A DNA stretch of 64,000 nucleotides, filler included, from Stramenopiles sp. TOSAG23-2 (Eukaryota): the NCBI GenBank assembly GCA_900128395.1. It is 15 parts of 15 records of this genome, joined end to end, with 100 filler letters (N's around TTAATTAATTAA, not from the genome) between each part and the next. Parts side by side here need not be neighbours in the genome. Positions count along the whole stretch, not along the records: positions 22,539 to 26,933 come from LT650910.1; positions 27,034 to 31,428 come from LT650911.1; positions 31,529 to 35,920 come from LT650912.1; positions 36,021 to 40,411 come from LT650913.1; 11 more parts are not named here. The stretch is one strand, 5' to 3'. This document shows, piece by piece, positions 25,501 to 36,363 of this stretch. A program made the position numbers and the translations under genes. Below the pieces are notes generated by a model. That model saw only the letters and a list, made by a program, of their open reading frames with translations, was not told the DNA's origin and did not search any database. Position 1 is the stretch's first letter. Each line of letters opens with the position of its first letter.

Positions 25501-26933
25501 TGATAATGATTGGGAAAACATTATTAAACATGGAAAGATAATAAGCAGTGGTTTTGATGTTTATGAGAGTATTTTCACAAACACAATTTACATTCAAAAC
25601 GGTGCTGTTCACCATGAATGGGTCGGGAGTGCAATTGCAAACCCGATATTGTCAACAAACGTTTTAAACCAAAATTTATCTTTTAAAAATGCATGGCATC
25701 ATATACTTGTTCAATACGATGGCAATTCGAGGCTTATATATGTTGATGGGGAATTAAAAGCATCAGATACCCCGGCATTGCCAAATGCAGTTGCTCCGTC
25801 GAGTCACGTAAATATCGGCCATTTAGATTTCCATTCTTTTTTCGATGGGTGGATAGGTCAAGGAATAATTTGGTCTAAATTTTTGAATGCTGAGGAAAGA
25901 AATGCCTTGCTGCAACCAAATGTATGTGACATGAATGTAAACCCAACCGTTTGCATGTCTTCATGCGATGGTTCGATTGTATTCCCGGACCATGCAAAAT
26001 TGGATTTTGAAAACTTAGCAAATTACGAACTAACGAAGAAAGTTGGTATTGAAATTCGTCAAACGCGGTGGAATTCCAATGAAAAAAACTGCACCGACGA
26101 TGTTGTATGGCCAGTGTTTTATTGGAAAAAAATATTGCAATACCATGACATGTATTCACCGTCCTCCGGCGAGGTCTCAGCAAGTAATTTAAATAGTCCG
26201 CCATCTGAAGTCGGGTTTGCAAAGCTAAGCGATGACAGCATCAATGAAATGAAGTCTATAGATGGTTTCTACTATTATAAAATAGAACAAGAGGTTTATG
26301 AAGACGAGGATGATGAATTCTCTTTTGGAAATCGCGAAAATTCATTCATATATATAAGAACGAAAAATGAATTTATTGACACAATGAAATCTTTTGGATT
26401 CAGCGATTCATATGAAACATGCCAAGGCACAATTGATGTTGAAGATTGCACTTGGCAGTTTCAAAACAATTTACCATATTTGAATAGCTTTAATGAGTAT
26501 GGTTCGACCGCGCTTGACACTTGGATGACTGATCGAGATGGTACGATTGATTGTGTAGGGATAGATTCAAATCAACGTTGCTTTTCATATGGATTAAATT
26601 GGGTGAAAATTGTACAAATTGGTAAATCGTATACGCCAACGACAGATGCTATTGGAATTATGTCAAAATCATCTATAAACAACGCGGTCGGTGGGACATT
26701 GTTTGAAGTAGCAAAACTTTCAGACGCCGATATTAACGCTATATCGAAAAAAGTTATTTTTGAAGAAGTAACTGTTGGTACTCCTGCATTGAGCATGACG
26801 AGTATTACTGTTGAGGAATGTAAAGCCTATGCAAGATCGAATAGTATATTTTCTTGGGGAGGAGTTTCGCCAGCTGTTGGAGATTACGATACGATTGGAT
26901 GTGTCAGGTATGTTGATACACATCCAACTCACG
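22539..26933 (+). CDS. Internal part of a very large extracellular protein: three F5/8 type C (discoidin) domains, LamG/ConA-like domains and a WSC/PAN-like Cys module
   Basis: Repeated YLQLD..G..IxG.....VT..K..VS.D...W..VD...R.IRF.P....SxR.G discoidin pattern. WHHILVQYDG...IYVDG is LamG-like. C.SAC..Y.YFAI..G..C.C is WSC-like. Open across the whole contig apart from N gaps at 22917-22989 and 24795-24909. Confidence 0.85.
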
Positions 26934-27033
26934 NNNNNNNNNNNNNNNNNNNNNNNNNNNNNNNNNNNNNNNNNNNNTTAATTAATTAANNNNNNNNNNN
27001 NNNNNNNNNNNNNNNNNNNNNNNNNNNNNNNNN

Positions 27034-28249
27034 AAAAAATTTTAACTAACTATGTAGATCTATATCTATTAATGTCTAATAAATATGATCTTGAAACATA
27101 TCCTCTATGTGTGTATGACTCTTAGATCTACATATATATATATTTAATGTATATATATATATATATATGCCGTGAGGATAGGCCCCTTCTTTCTTAGTGA
27201 CTTTTTCTTTATCTAAAAGTTCCTCACCTCGTTGTACCGAGTACAGCATATGTATACTCAGGTGTAGGAACTTTCCCCTATCTGATGATGCTCGTGAGCT
27301 ACTTGTTCCTATCAGATAATTAATGGTGGACATTATTTACCATACACTAGTATCTATCATACCCTAGTAAAATGTCGTCGGTAGTCCAAACTATTAAGGC
27401 ATATCTAGCTCTGTAAATAAATTAATTATTTGGCCTCGATTGCATGATGCAAATAATATAGAATTATTTACAATCGGCGATAGGTAAACTAAATATACCT
27501 TACTGACTACTCAAGCTTACTTCCTTAATTTAATTTAATTTACTCTCTAATACAACGTTGTGTTTGTTGGCATATGAATGATGATTTATGGCCCAGCTCA
27601 TGGAGCTGAATATGCTGCCTTCCAACCCATAGCTATCATTCATACACCATACAACGTCGTGTGTTGCAGCTACTGTGCTTTAATGTCTAACACAACTCTT
27701 AACTCTTTAAATTATATATTACTGTCTAATACTAATGTAAAAAATTTTAACTAACTATGTAGATCTATATCTATTAATGTCTAATAAATATGATCTTGAA
27801 ACATATCCTCTATGTGTGTATGACTCTTAGATCTACATATATATATATTTAATGTATATATATATATATATATGCCGTGAGGATAGGCCCCTTCTTTCTT
27901 AGTGACTTTTTCTTTATCTAAAAGTTCCTCACCTCGTTGTACCGAGTACAGCATATGTATACTCAGGTGTAGGAACTTTCCCCTATCTGATGATGCTCGT
28001 GAGCTACTTGTTCCTATCAGATAATTAATGGTGGACATTATTTACCATACACTAGTATCTATCATACCCTAGTAAAATGTCGTCGGTAGTGTCCTAAGTA
28101 GCTATTAATGGTGGACATTATTTACCATACACTAGTATCTATCATACCCTAGTAAAATGTCGTCGGTAGTCCAAACTATTAAGGCATATCTAGCTCTGTA
28201 AATAAATTAATTATTTGGCCTCGATTGCATGATGCAAATAATATAGAAT
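27034..28249. repeat. Direct repeat of ~430 bp (27034-27464 and 27739-28249, offset 705), with an extra ~67-bp internal duplication in the second copy
   Basis: Identical spurious 85-aa ORFs at 27076 and 27781, with a direct sequence match. Confidence 0.9.
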
Positions 28250-28554
28250 GATTTGCAACTGCTGGACTGCAGCACTGCAGCATTTGTTTTTTTATGATGA
28301 GATGTCAATTACATCATTCAGCACTATTATAATATTAATACCAGTCTTTTTATTTTTCCAGGCAGCATGTTGTTGCTTTTTCACACCAATAACTGGAAGT
28401 AATAAAAAAGCTGCTGAATGTTGTATAGAAATTTATTATTATTAATAACGTCTAGGACAGAGAATCTCTCTGCGTCTATTCCATTTACCAACAATAAACC
28501 ACACATCCACATCACCTCCAACCATCACCAACTTGTATATGTATATATAATATA

Positions 28555-30795
28555 ATGAATCTTGCTGCCACAACCAGACCACCACCAGCAGCAAGAAAAT
28601 TTCCTTCTGGTAAATCCTCAGAATCATGGAAACAAGAATTAAACAATAAAGAATACAAATGTTTAATTGATAAAACATATGAGCCACCATGGAAAGGAAA
28701 ATATTTACACAAGTTTCCAAAACGGGGTTACTTTGCGTGCCGTGGGTGTAAAAAGCCATTATTTTCAACACAATCTAAATTTGATGGTGGAGTAGGATGG
28801 TGTTCGTTTCAAAAATGTTTTAAAAATAGTCTTTGTACAGACGAAATAGAATACGATGCAGAAGAAACTGTTGTTACTTTAACACGATGTATACATTGTG
28901 GAATTTTTGTTGGAAAAGTATATGTTGGTGAATACAGGACGGTGTCCAATGAAAGACATAGTGTAAATAGCCTTAGCATTGTCCACGTAAAAGAAGATTT
29001 AGATGAACCGTTGGAAGAATGCACATTGATTTATGTTCCTGAAGTAGATGAAAAAAATGACTCAAAGAATAACGATGGCATTGACGAAGAAACAGCTGTA
29101 GCTGCAGCTAGAATGCTTGATTTTCAAATTAAAACATGTCCTCACCTTGATAGTATTATCGAAAAAATGCGTAGTCTATTGAAATATAATCGTGCATATT
29201 CATTCAATGCGGCATTTGATGGAGTGGAATTCGGTCAATTACCGATACCAAAACTTGTAAAAAATAATATAAAATCACCATGCCGTACTTGTGTAGAACG
29301 ACATACTCCGTTACACCAATGTCGTGGAAGGGATGCATGGGTTTGCCTTTCCCCGAATTGTTGGGGTATTTTCTGTTCAAAATATATTAAAAATCATCAT
29401 GTAGATACCAATCATCCTGTTGTCGTTTGTCCATCTTTAGCTACGTTTTGTTATGTCTGTGATCGTTTTGTTGCGCATGATGATACAAAATCGATTATAC
29501 GTGCATTGCATATTGCAAAATATAAGGCAACGCCAGGAAGCAAAACACCATCCGATAAAACTGGTGCTGGAGTTTTATTTCAACTTGGTTATGCAGAGGC
29601 TGAAACATGTTTATGTTGTGCTTGTCAACATGGAAAACCAACGAAATATATCCTTGATATGGTACCATCTCCGTCTATGACAACACCGCGCCATCCGTCG
29701 TATATAAAAAAAACTATGGAAAGTGCAACTGTCGGTAAAGGTGGACTAATTGATCGAATTAAAGGCTTTATATATGGAGCCGCGTTTGGATCCACAATCG
29801 GAGCTTGTGCATCAAACATGACACGTACGCAAATTCAAGGCTTATATGGGGATTTGCTGAAAACAAAGAAACTGTCTTCTAGACATGGTAAATTGCGTTC
29901 AAAGTTGAGAAAGAAATATTTGTATAAAACTGGAGAATGGAGTATAGCAATGGATTATTTTGTTTCCGCCATGTCATCCTTAGTTGCATTTGGGGGAAAG
30001 GTTGAGCAAAAAGATATGGCATATCGTTTATCACATGCAGTTATTTGTGGCTATCCAGCAATTGATAAGAAACCAAATCATGTTAGTCCATATATGAAGG
30101 CTGTTATAGAAGGTGGGGATGTAGAAGAATATATAATGGATCCAATACGCCATGCAAAAAGCGTCTATGGAGAATTTAAACAATTTCCTATCGCAGATAA
30201 TAATGAAGCATTATTAAGATCCATGATTTTGTCCGTAATACGATTTACTGATCCAGACAGTGTTGCTCGTAATACAAAATTGTCTGTAATTTTGACACAA
30301 CTTTCAATGAAAACATTAGTAGCATCTTGTTGCTTAAATTTATTAATAGCAAAGTTATTGACATTACCGAATTTAAAATTAGATAGACCAGCGATGGTAC
30401 GACATCAAATTAATTGTTTCAATGTTGTTTGTAAAGATTCTCGTGCAAATTCATTACAGGATGAGCTGTCAAAACATTTATTTTTAGAGGAAGAGGATGG
30501 TTTAGAACCTTTAAATTTGACAGATCCGGACAATTGCACGAGTGCATTTAAATCTGTTGGTGTTGCATATGCCGCAGCACATTACAATGGCTCTGATTTT
30601 GTAGGAGCAATAATGGATATAATTGAAGAGGGTGGAGATACAATGGGTAATGCTATGATTACGGGTGGTATTATTGGTTTAAAACTGGGCTATTCACGTT
30701 TACCTTCGCATTGGATGCAAGATATGAAAGCTCGCAATTGGCTTGGTGAAATTGTGGAAAATTTAATTTCAGTAATAGGGTTAAGAGATGAATAA
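28555..30795 (+). CDS. Fusion protein: MsrB/SelR-like domain, ZnF-UBP and ADP-ribosylglycohydrolase-like domain
   Basis: CRGCKKPLF..SKFDGGVGW.SF..C..C..ERHSVNS (MsrB fold). CPHL..CRTC..WVCL..C..C..HH..H..FCYVCD (ZnF-UBP). DRIKGFIYGAAFG...GGD..NA..GG..G...G...LP..W (ARH fold). Confidence 0.88.
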   Translation: MNLAATTRPPPAARKFPSGKSSESWKQELNNKEYKCLIDKTYEPPWKGKYLHKFPKRGYFACRGCKKPLFSTQSKFDGGVGWCSFQKCFKNSLCTDEIEYDAEETVVTLTRCIHCGIFVGKVYVGEYRTVSNERHSVNSLSIVHVKEDLDEPLEECTLIYVPEVDEKNDSKNNDGIDEETAVAAARMLDFQIKTCPHLDSIIEKMRSLLKYNRAYSFNAAFDGVEFGQLPIPKLVKNNIKSPCRTCVERHTPLHQCRGRDAWVCLSPNCWGIFCSKYIKNHHVDTNHPVVVCPSLATFCYVCDRFVAHDDTKSIIRALHIAKYKATPGSKTPSDKTGAGVLFQLGYAEAETCLCCACQHGKPTKYILDMVPSPSMTTPRHPSYIKKTMESATVGKGGLIDRIKGFIYGAAFGSTIGACASNMTRTQIQGLYGDLLKTKKLSSRHGKLRSKLRKKYLYKTGEWSIAMDYFVSAMSSLVAFGGKVEQKDMAYRLSHAVICGYPAIDKKPNHVSPYMKAVIEGGDVEEYIMDPIRHAKSVYGEFKQFPIADNNEALLRSMILSVIRFTDPDSVARNTKLSVILTQLSMKTLVASCCLNLLIAKLLTLPNLKLDRPAMVRHQINCFNVVCKDSRANSLQDELSKHLFLEEEDGLEPLNLTDPDNCTSAFKSVGVAYAAAHYNGSDFVGAIMDIIEEGGDTMGNAMITGGIIGLKLGYSRLPSHWMQDMKARNWLGEIVENLISVIGLRDE

Positions 30796-30983
30796 TAAAA
30801 GAGAGAGTGAATTTTATCAGTCGGAGCACACGACGCTCAGCTATATTTTCGTACGAATTCGTATTTTTTTATGCATATGACCCACTGTTGATAATATCCG
30901 TATGATTTGGGAAAAAACCTTAACCTGATAGGGAGCATCCTATGTATTATTTTATATACTAATTAGTACAAACATATACCTGA

Positions 30984-31284
30984 TCTCCCTTTTCCTGTAC
31001 TCAAAGACCAAGAAGATTACCAGCACCTATCTAATACTGTAAAAAATAATTTAAAAATTTCTTCTGCTAAATTTTTTACGTAAATTTAGAAAATACCTTA
31101 ACATCAATAAGGGGTATCCCTTGATATTCCCGATATTTTCGTAAACTAACTACCTATAATTTAGTATAACATGTGTTTTACTCCCCTTTTCCTGTACCAA
31201 AGACTCAAAAAGATTACCAGCACCTATCCAATACTGTAAAAAATAATTTAAAAATTTCTTCTGCTAAATTTTTTACGTAAATTT
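30984..31284. repeat. Local direct repeat (~105 bp x2)
   Basis: ctccc..ttttcctgtac...aagattaccagcacctatc.aatactgtaaaaaataatttaaaaatttcttctgctaaattttttacgtaaattt occurs twice. Confidence 0.85.
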
Positions 31285-31528
31285 TATTTTTGTCCAAAAA
31301 AATTTCAGGAGATGATTTTTAACATCCTAGGTTATGCAATATACGACAAGGCGAGACAAAATGCAATCACACGAGCAATGAAAAAGTTTTGGGAAGTCAC
31401 AAGAAAAAAATATTTTTTTTTTTGGTTTNNNNNNNNNNNNNNNNNNNNNNNNNNNNNNNNNNNNNNNNNNNNTTAATTAATTAANNNNNNNNNNNNNNNN
31501 NNNNNNNNNNNNNNNNNNNNNNNNNNNN

Positions 31529-32667
31529 TATGTATGGATTCTGAGGCGGAAAATTACAATCCTGAAGCAGAAATAGAAGATGGTTCTTGTAAATTTCCAC
31601 CTCCACCTCCGATTAAAGGATGCATGGATACGGATGCTACTAATTATAATGCCGAGGCAACGGAAGATGATGGCTCATGTCAGCTTCCAGTAAAAGGATG
31701 CATGGATCCGAAGGCAAAGAATTTTAATAGAAAAGCAGCGCAGGATGATGGTAGTTGTGACTATCCTGAACCACCAAAACCGCCGGCGCCAGAATGTGAA
31801 CCATGGCTATCCAAACATCAAGCAGGTCAATTCTTTGATTGTAATGATAATGGACGTGCAAGAGATGCGGGCAATAATCAGCCATGCATTGATAGTGTTT
31901 TAGGAAAACCAGATCCATTTGGTGATGGTAGGAGAGTACAAATTGTAAGAAATTGGGGTGCAGATGGACATTGTGTTGCAGTTAAGCCAAAACCGGAAAA
32001 TCATGAATACAGTTGTGAAAATAGAGCAAAGACGAAATCATGGGGTCAAGAAACAACTATAAAATTTACTGTCACTGGAGCGGGGGGGGCTGACGGGGGA
32101 GATAGAGGCCATCATGGTAATCCAAATGGTGGATCAGGACAAACGCTGACAGGTACAATTAAAGTACCAGCAAACACCGCGGTAACTATGTATGTAGGAT
32201 GCAAAGGTCATACATCTGGTGGTAGAAAAGGAGGTGGTGGTGGTGGTTCATCTGCGATATTGGTAGGAGGCAGAGAAATGGTTGTTGCTGGAGCAGGTGG
32301 TGGTAGTGCAGCTGTTGCTAATGGAGTAGGTGGAAATGCTGGCTTCCCAAGTGGATCTCAAGGAGGTAGAGATGCGTGCGGAAGGTCCTCAGGTGCTAAG
32401 GGGGGAACAGCTTCATCTGGCGGAAAAGGTGGAGGGGGTAATCGTGGCAAACCCAGTGGTGCAAGAGGAGGAAAGAGGAATGGTGGAAATGCTGGTGGCA
32501 GCGGCGGTGGTTCTGGTGGATGGGGCGGAGGTGGTGGAACTGGTTGCCATGGTAACGGCGGCGGCGGTGGTTCTTCCTATTTTGGATCAGGAGTAATACA
32601 AGAGAGAAACAGTAATGCAAATAATAGAAATCAAGATGGAAAAATAAATATTTATGTAACATTTTAG
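31529..32667 (+). CDS. 5'-truncated extracellular protein: GCMD-x-A-x-N-Y-N-x-A-x-DDGSC repeats, Pro-rich linkers and a C-terminal ALK/LTK-type glycine-rich domain
   Basis: Three GCMD...DDGSC repeats. FTVTGAGG...GGSG..L.G...V.......YVG..G....GGGGGSS......VVAGAGGG...GGGGSSY pattern. Confidence 0.8.
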
Positions 32668-32960
32668 TATGATTTGTTGTTACAGAATTAGATGAAAATT
32701 GTATGAAAGCAAAACTACCGAGGAGTAGGTAGAGGTGATTTATATCATTTTAATAAAAATATTAAAATGTATTTGTAATACTGTACCTGGTATATTTATA
32801 TTACATGTAATATACTCTGTAATATAAGGCCTGTGTTAGTGTGTCCATCACCTTAACCTGTCCAGCTGTCTGGCTGTCTGGCTGTACCGTCTATATAGTA
32901 GCACCAAGTTTAGCTGAGAGGGGATCCTATATCTACACCAGGTGGTAGTCCTGTACATCG

Positions 32961-33132
32961 TACTTAAGGAAACATTTCTGAAATCCGTCATACTTTTTTT
33001 TAAATATATTAAGTATATCTATTTGTATACTAATAGTGCGAACAAATAAAATCGGAATCTTAGTTTACAAATATATATACTTAATATATTTTTAAAAAAG
33101 TATGACGGATTTCATAAATTTTTCCTTATGTA
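32961..33132. mobile_element. MITE-like hairpin element (about 73-bp inverted arms, TA at both ends)
   Basis: 32961-33033 is the near reverse complement of 33060-33132. Confidence 0.7.
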
Positions 33133-33503
33133 TGGCAACTATGTACGAATAAATACACATATTATTGAATTACAAATATTGTTGATATAAATTAATAAAT
33201 ATATCATCTTTAAACTAAAGGAAATATAGATATACACAGAGAGAATTCTCTCTGATATACAAGAGCACAATTCCATAATATAGGCATACCAGTATAAAGA
33301 ACACATTTATTCCTTTTCTAATTTGTTCTTCTTTCCATATATTACCTTTAATTAAATTTCTGTGTTGATTTAATAAGTATACTGTATATATATATATATA
33401 TATATATTTATACAAAAGGAAATAGATATTAATATACTGTAAACAGCACAATTCCCCAATAAAAAGAACATATTATAAAAAATTCATAATAATAATAATA
33501 ATA

Positions 33504-34398
33504 ATGAAAATAAGTTATACGTGTATCGTAATAATAGCAATGACTATTTTAGTCGTGCAACCAATATCAAGTGAAACAGTAACATTAAGATATTTTGATA
33601 TAAGAGGATTAGCAGAACCAATCAGACTTGCATTGAGTTATTTAAATATTGACTATGAGGAGGTAAAATATGCAAGATGTGCACCGGATTGTAAAAATGG
33701 CTTAACAGATTGGACTGAAGCGAAAAAAGTTGGAACCGAAAGTGGTTTGTTTGCATTTTCACAAGTACCATCATTGACATATGGCGAGACTAGTTTAGTT
33801 CAAAGTGAAGCCATATTAAGATTTTTAGCGCGTAAACATGGTATTGCTGGAGAAACTGAAATCGAACAGCAACGAATTGATTTGTTTGTCGGTGGTTTAA
33901 AAGATATGCGTAGTAAATATGGAAAAATGGTATATAACAAGAAAGCATTGACAGATCCAAAAATTATGAGCGATTATCTTGATGTTCAACGAACTTGGTT
34001 ACCATTTTTTGAGCGATTACTTGTAAAATCATCAGTTGATGGTCCATACGTCGCCGGAGCACATGTTACGTTTTCTGATTTTATTGCCTTTGATATGATT
34101 GATAGTAATGTAAGTAAATTTCTATTCTCCTCGTAACCCTAAAAAGGATATCCTTTTCTAACACATCAAATCGTTCATACGCTATGCTCCACAGATGCGT
34201 ATTGAAGCCAATGCATTTGATGACTTACCATTGTTACGAGGATTAGCTACTAAGATTAGTCAAATGGATGGTGTTGCAAAATATTTACAATCAAATAAAC
34301 GAAGAAAAAGAGCAAATGGTGCTTCAGCAACGTTTGATAATCCAACAAATCCGCCAAACTTTATTCCAGATTGGGATGCTGGTAAAAGAGATTTGTAA
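33504..34398 (+). CDS. Glutathione S-transferase (Tyr-type, sigma/pi/mu-like) with a signal peptide; exons 33504-34109 and 34195-34398
   Basis: LRYFDIRGLAEPIRL, FSQVPSL, LVQSEAILRFLARKHG and VTFSDF motifs. A phase-0 intron joins the two ORFs. Confidence 0.92.
34110..34194 (+). other. Spliceosomal intron (85 nt, phase 0), introner-like family member
   Basis: GTAAGT...CTAAC...CCACAG, colinear with intron 6241-6328 over its whole length. Confidence 0.9.
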
Positions 34399-34649
34399 AT
34401 TTGTGAAAAAATAGAGAGAATATATCATATGATACGACACCTCGTATTTTTTTTGTCGGAGATGATAAAACATTATGGAAATTGATTTAAAATATAAAAA
34501 ATGATGTACACTCTCGTACGTTCGTATAATAATATATTATATGTGTGTGTGTGTGTGTGTAAAAAATAAACTCTATTCTACGACTCGTACAAAAAAAGAT
34601 ATTTTTTCTCTCTCTCCAAAATCTCCTCTCTGGACAACACAACAAAAAT

Positions 34650-35540
34650 TTATTTACTACCACCTTCTCCTCTTCGTAATGAACTTCGTTTCTCAATCAA
34701 TGGCCAAATATCATTTTTAATAAATTCAATAATATCCATATCATTACTCATCATTAATTTAGATAAATGATAATCTAACTTTGGTAAAAATGGATCTGAA
34801 TTGATAGATATATATTCGAAATCATTATATTCGATTTTTACTTGAATATTTATGTTTAAATTATTACATAAAGTATTAAAAGATAATATATTATCCTCAT
34901 AATAATTGTTTTTGTTGCCATTATTTATGCCGGTTTTGTTTGTAGTATTATTAATATTATTATTAATAATAATTTCATTTACATCCGTACAGACAATACT
35001 ATTATTGTCATCAATGTTGATTGAATTTTGATTTTTATTACATGATATACTTAATGTCTTATACCAATACTTCAATAATACGTTAGGACTTTGTCGTATC
35101 TGTATTGCTGATGGTTTCTTTACATTATCATTTTCAATTTCTTCTTTACTTTTATATACAGTGGCAAAATTATCATATATATTTTCCATAAAATTTCGCA
35201 ATTCAATATCTTCACATTGTAATATTGTATTTATAATTTCTTCATCATCATCTTCTTCGGACGTAACATTGCTGTTATTATTGTTATTATTATTAGAGTC
35301 AACAAAATTATCCAACTGTGCTTTGATATAATTTGCTTGAAATGTATATTCATTTAATACTTCATATTTTTTTCTATATTCTTCTTCTTTATTTAATTGT
35401 AATTGATATTGTTTTTGATATTTTTTTTTAATTTGTTTCGTTAATTGTTGAATTTCTTTTAATTTATCATCATCATCATCTTTATTATTTGTACATTGTT
35501 GAATTAATAGTCCTTGCAATTGTTCTATCTGATCATTCAT
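34650..35540 (-). CDS. Hypothetical coiled-coil, Asn-rich protein
   Basis: 296-aa ATG-initiated ORF convergent with the GST gene. Confidence 0.65.
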   Translation of the reverse strand: MNDQIEQLQGLLIQQCTNNKDDDDDKLKEIQQLTKQIKKKYQKQYQLQLNKEEEYRKKYEVLNEYTFQANYIKAQLDNFVDSNNNNNNNSNVTSEEDDDEEIINTILQCEDIELRNFMENIYDNFATVYKSKEEIENDNVKKPSAIQIRQSPNVLLKYWYKTLSISCNKNQNSINIDDNNSIVCTDVNEIIINNNINNTTNKTGINNGNKNNYYEDNILSFNTLCNNLNINIQVKIEYNDFEYISINSDPFLPKLDYHLSKLMMSNDMDIIEFIKNDIWPLIEKRSSLRRGEGGSK

Positions 35541-36363
35541 TTGTGTATTTGCTGTTCTATATATTGACGATCTGCATTATCAAATATGTATAGTTTGGTG
35601 GATGATGTTTGGTGCAAAATGTCTTCCTATATATCTATATATCTATTCTATAAAGATATGATCTACTATTATAGATCTGTATTCTATCTATTTTGTTTGG
35701 TGCAAAATGTCTTCCTATATATCTATATATCTATTCTATAAAGATATGTGATCTACAGTATTAGATCTATATTCTATCTATTTTTTTATAAAAAAATTCG
35801 CGGCGCGGTTTTAGGTTTTTAAGGCACTTCCTTAGCTATCCAGCTATCCAGCTATCCAGGCTATAGTATTACTTTTATCATATTCTCACTGCTTTTTTTA
35901 TTGTGCTCATATGAACACAANNNNNNNNNNNNNNNNNNNNNNNNNNNNNNNNNNNNNNNNNNNNTTAATTAATTAANNNNNNNNNNNNNNNNNNNNNNNN
36001 NNNNNNNNNNNNNNNNNNNNAACCATTGTATATTTGATAGGTATATTATTGTATTTAGTATATAATAAGTACGAAATGGACCACCGGCAAATAAATAATA
36101 CCATTACAATGCTATGTAGTGTATACCTCTATAGCAGGGGAATACGATGCACCAGTTTTTGAACAACATTTGCGAACCAACACTCAAAAAATGACAAGCG
36201 GGCAAAAAAGCTCTTCTTTTTTATTATCGTCGTATGCTGCCAGGTATATGCACGTATTAGTATCTTTATATTTTATCTATATTTAACCTGGAATAATGGT
36301 GTATTTTGAAGTATTTTGAAGTGTTACCTTCATATTGTATCTAGATTATATGATAATACGGTA

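Noticed and set aside
27076-28038. Duplicated 85-aa ORFs, and likewise the duplicated short ORFs at 48340/48924 and 51240/53069
   Set aside because: They are by-products of non-coding direct repeats, include microsatellite-derived residues and show no protein features.
28555-29000. Selenoprotein MsrB (Sec at the catalytic site)
   Set aside because: The catalytic position is AGT (Ser) and the ORF has no in-frame TGA.
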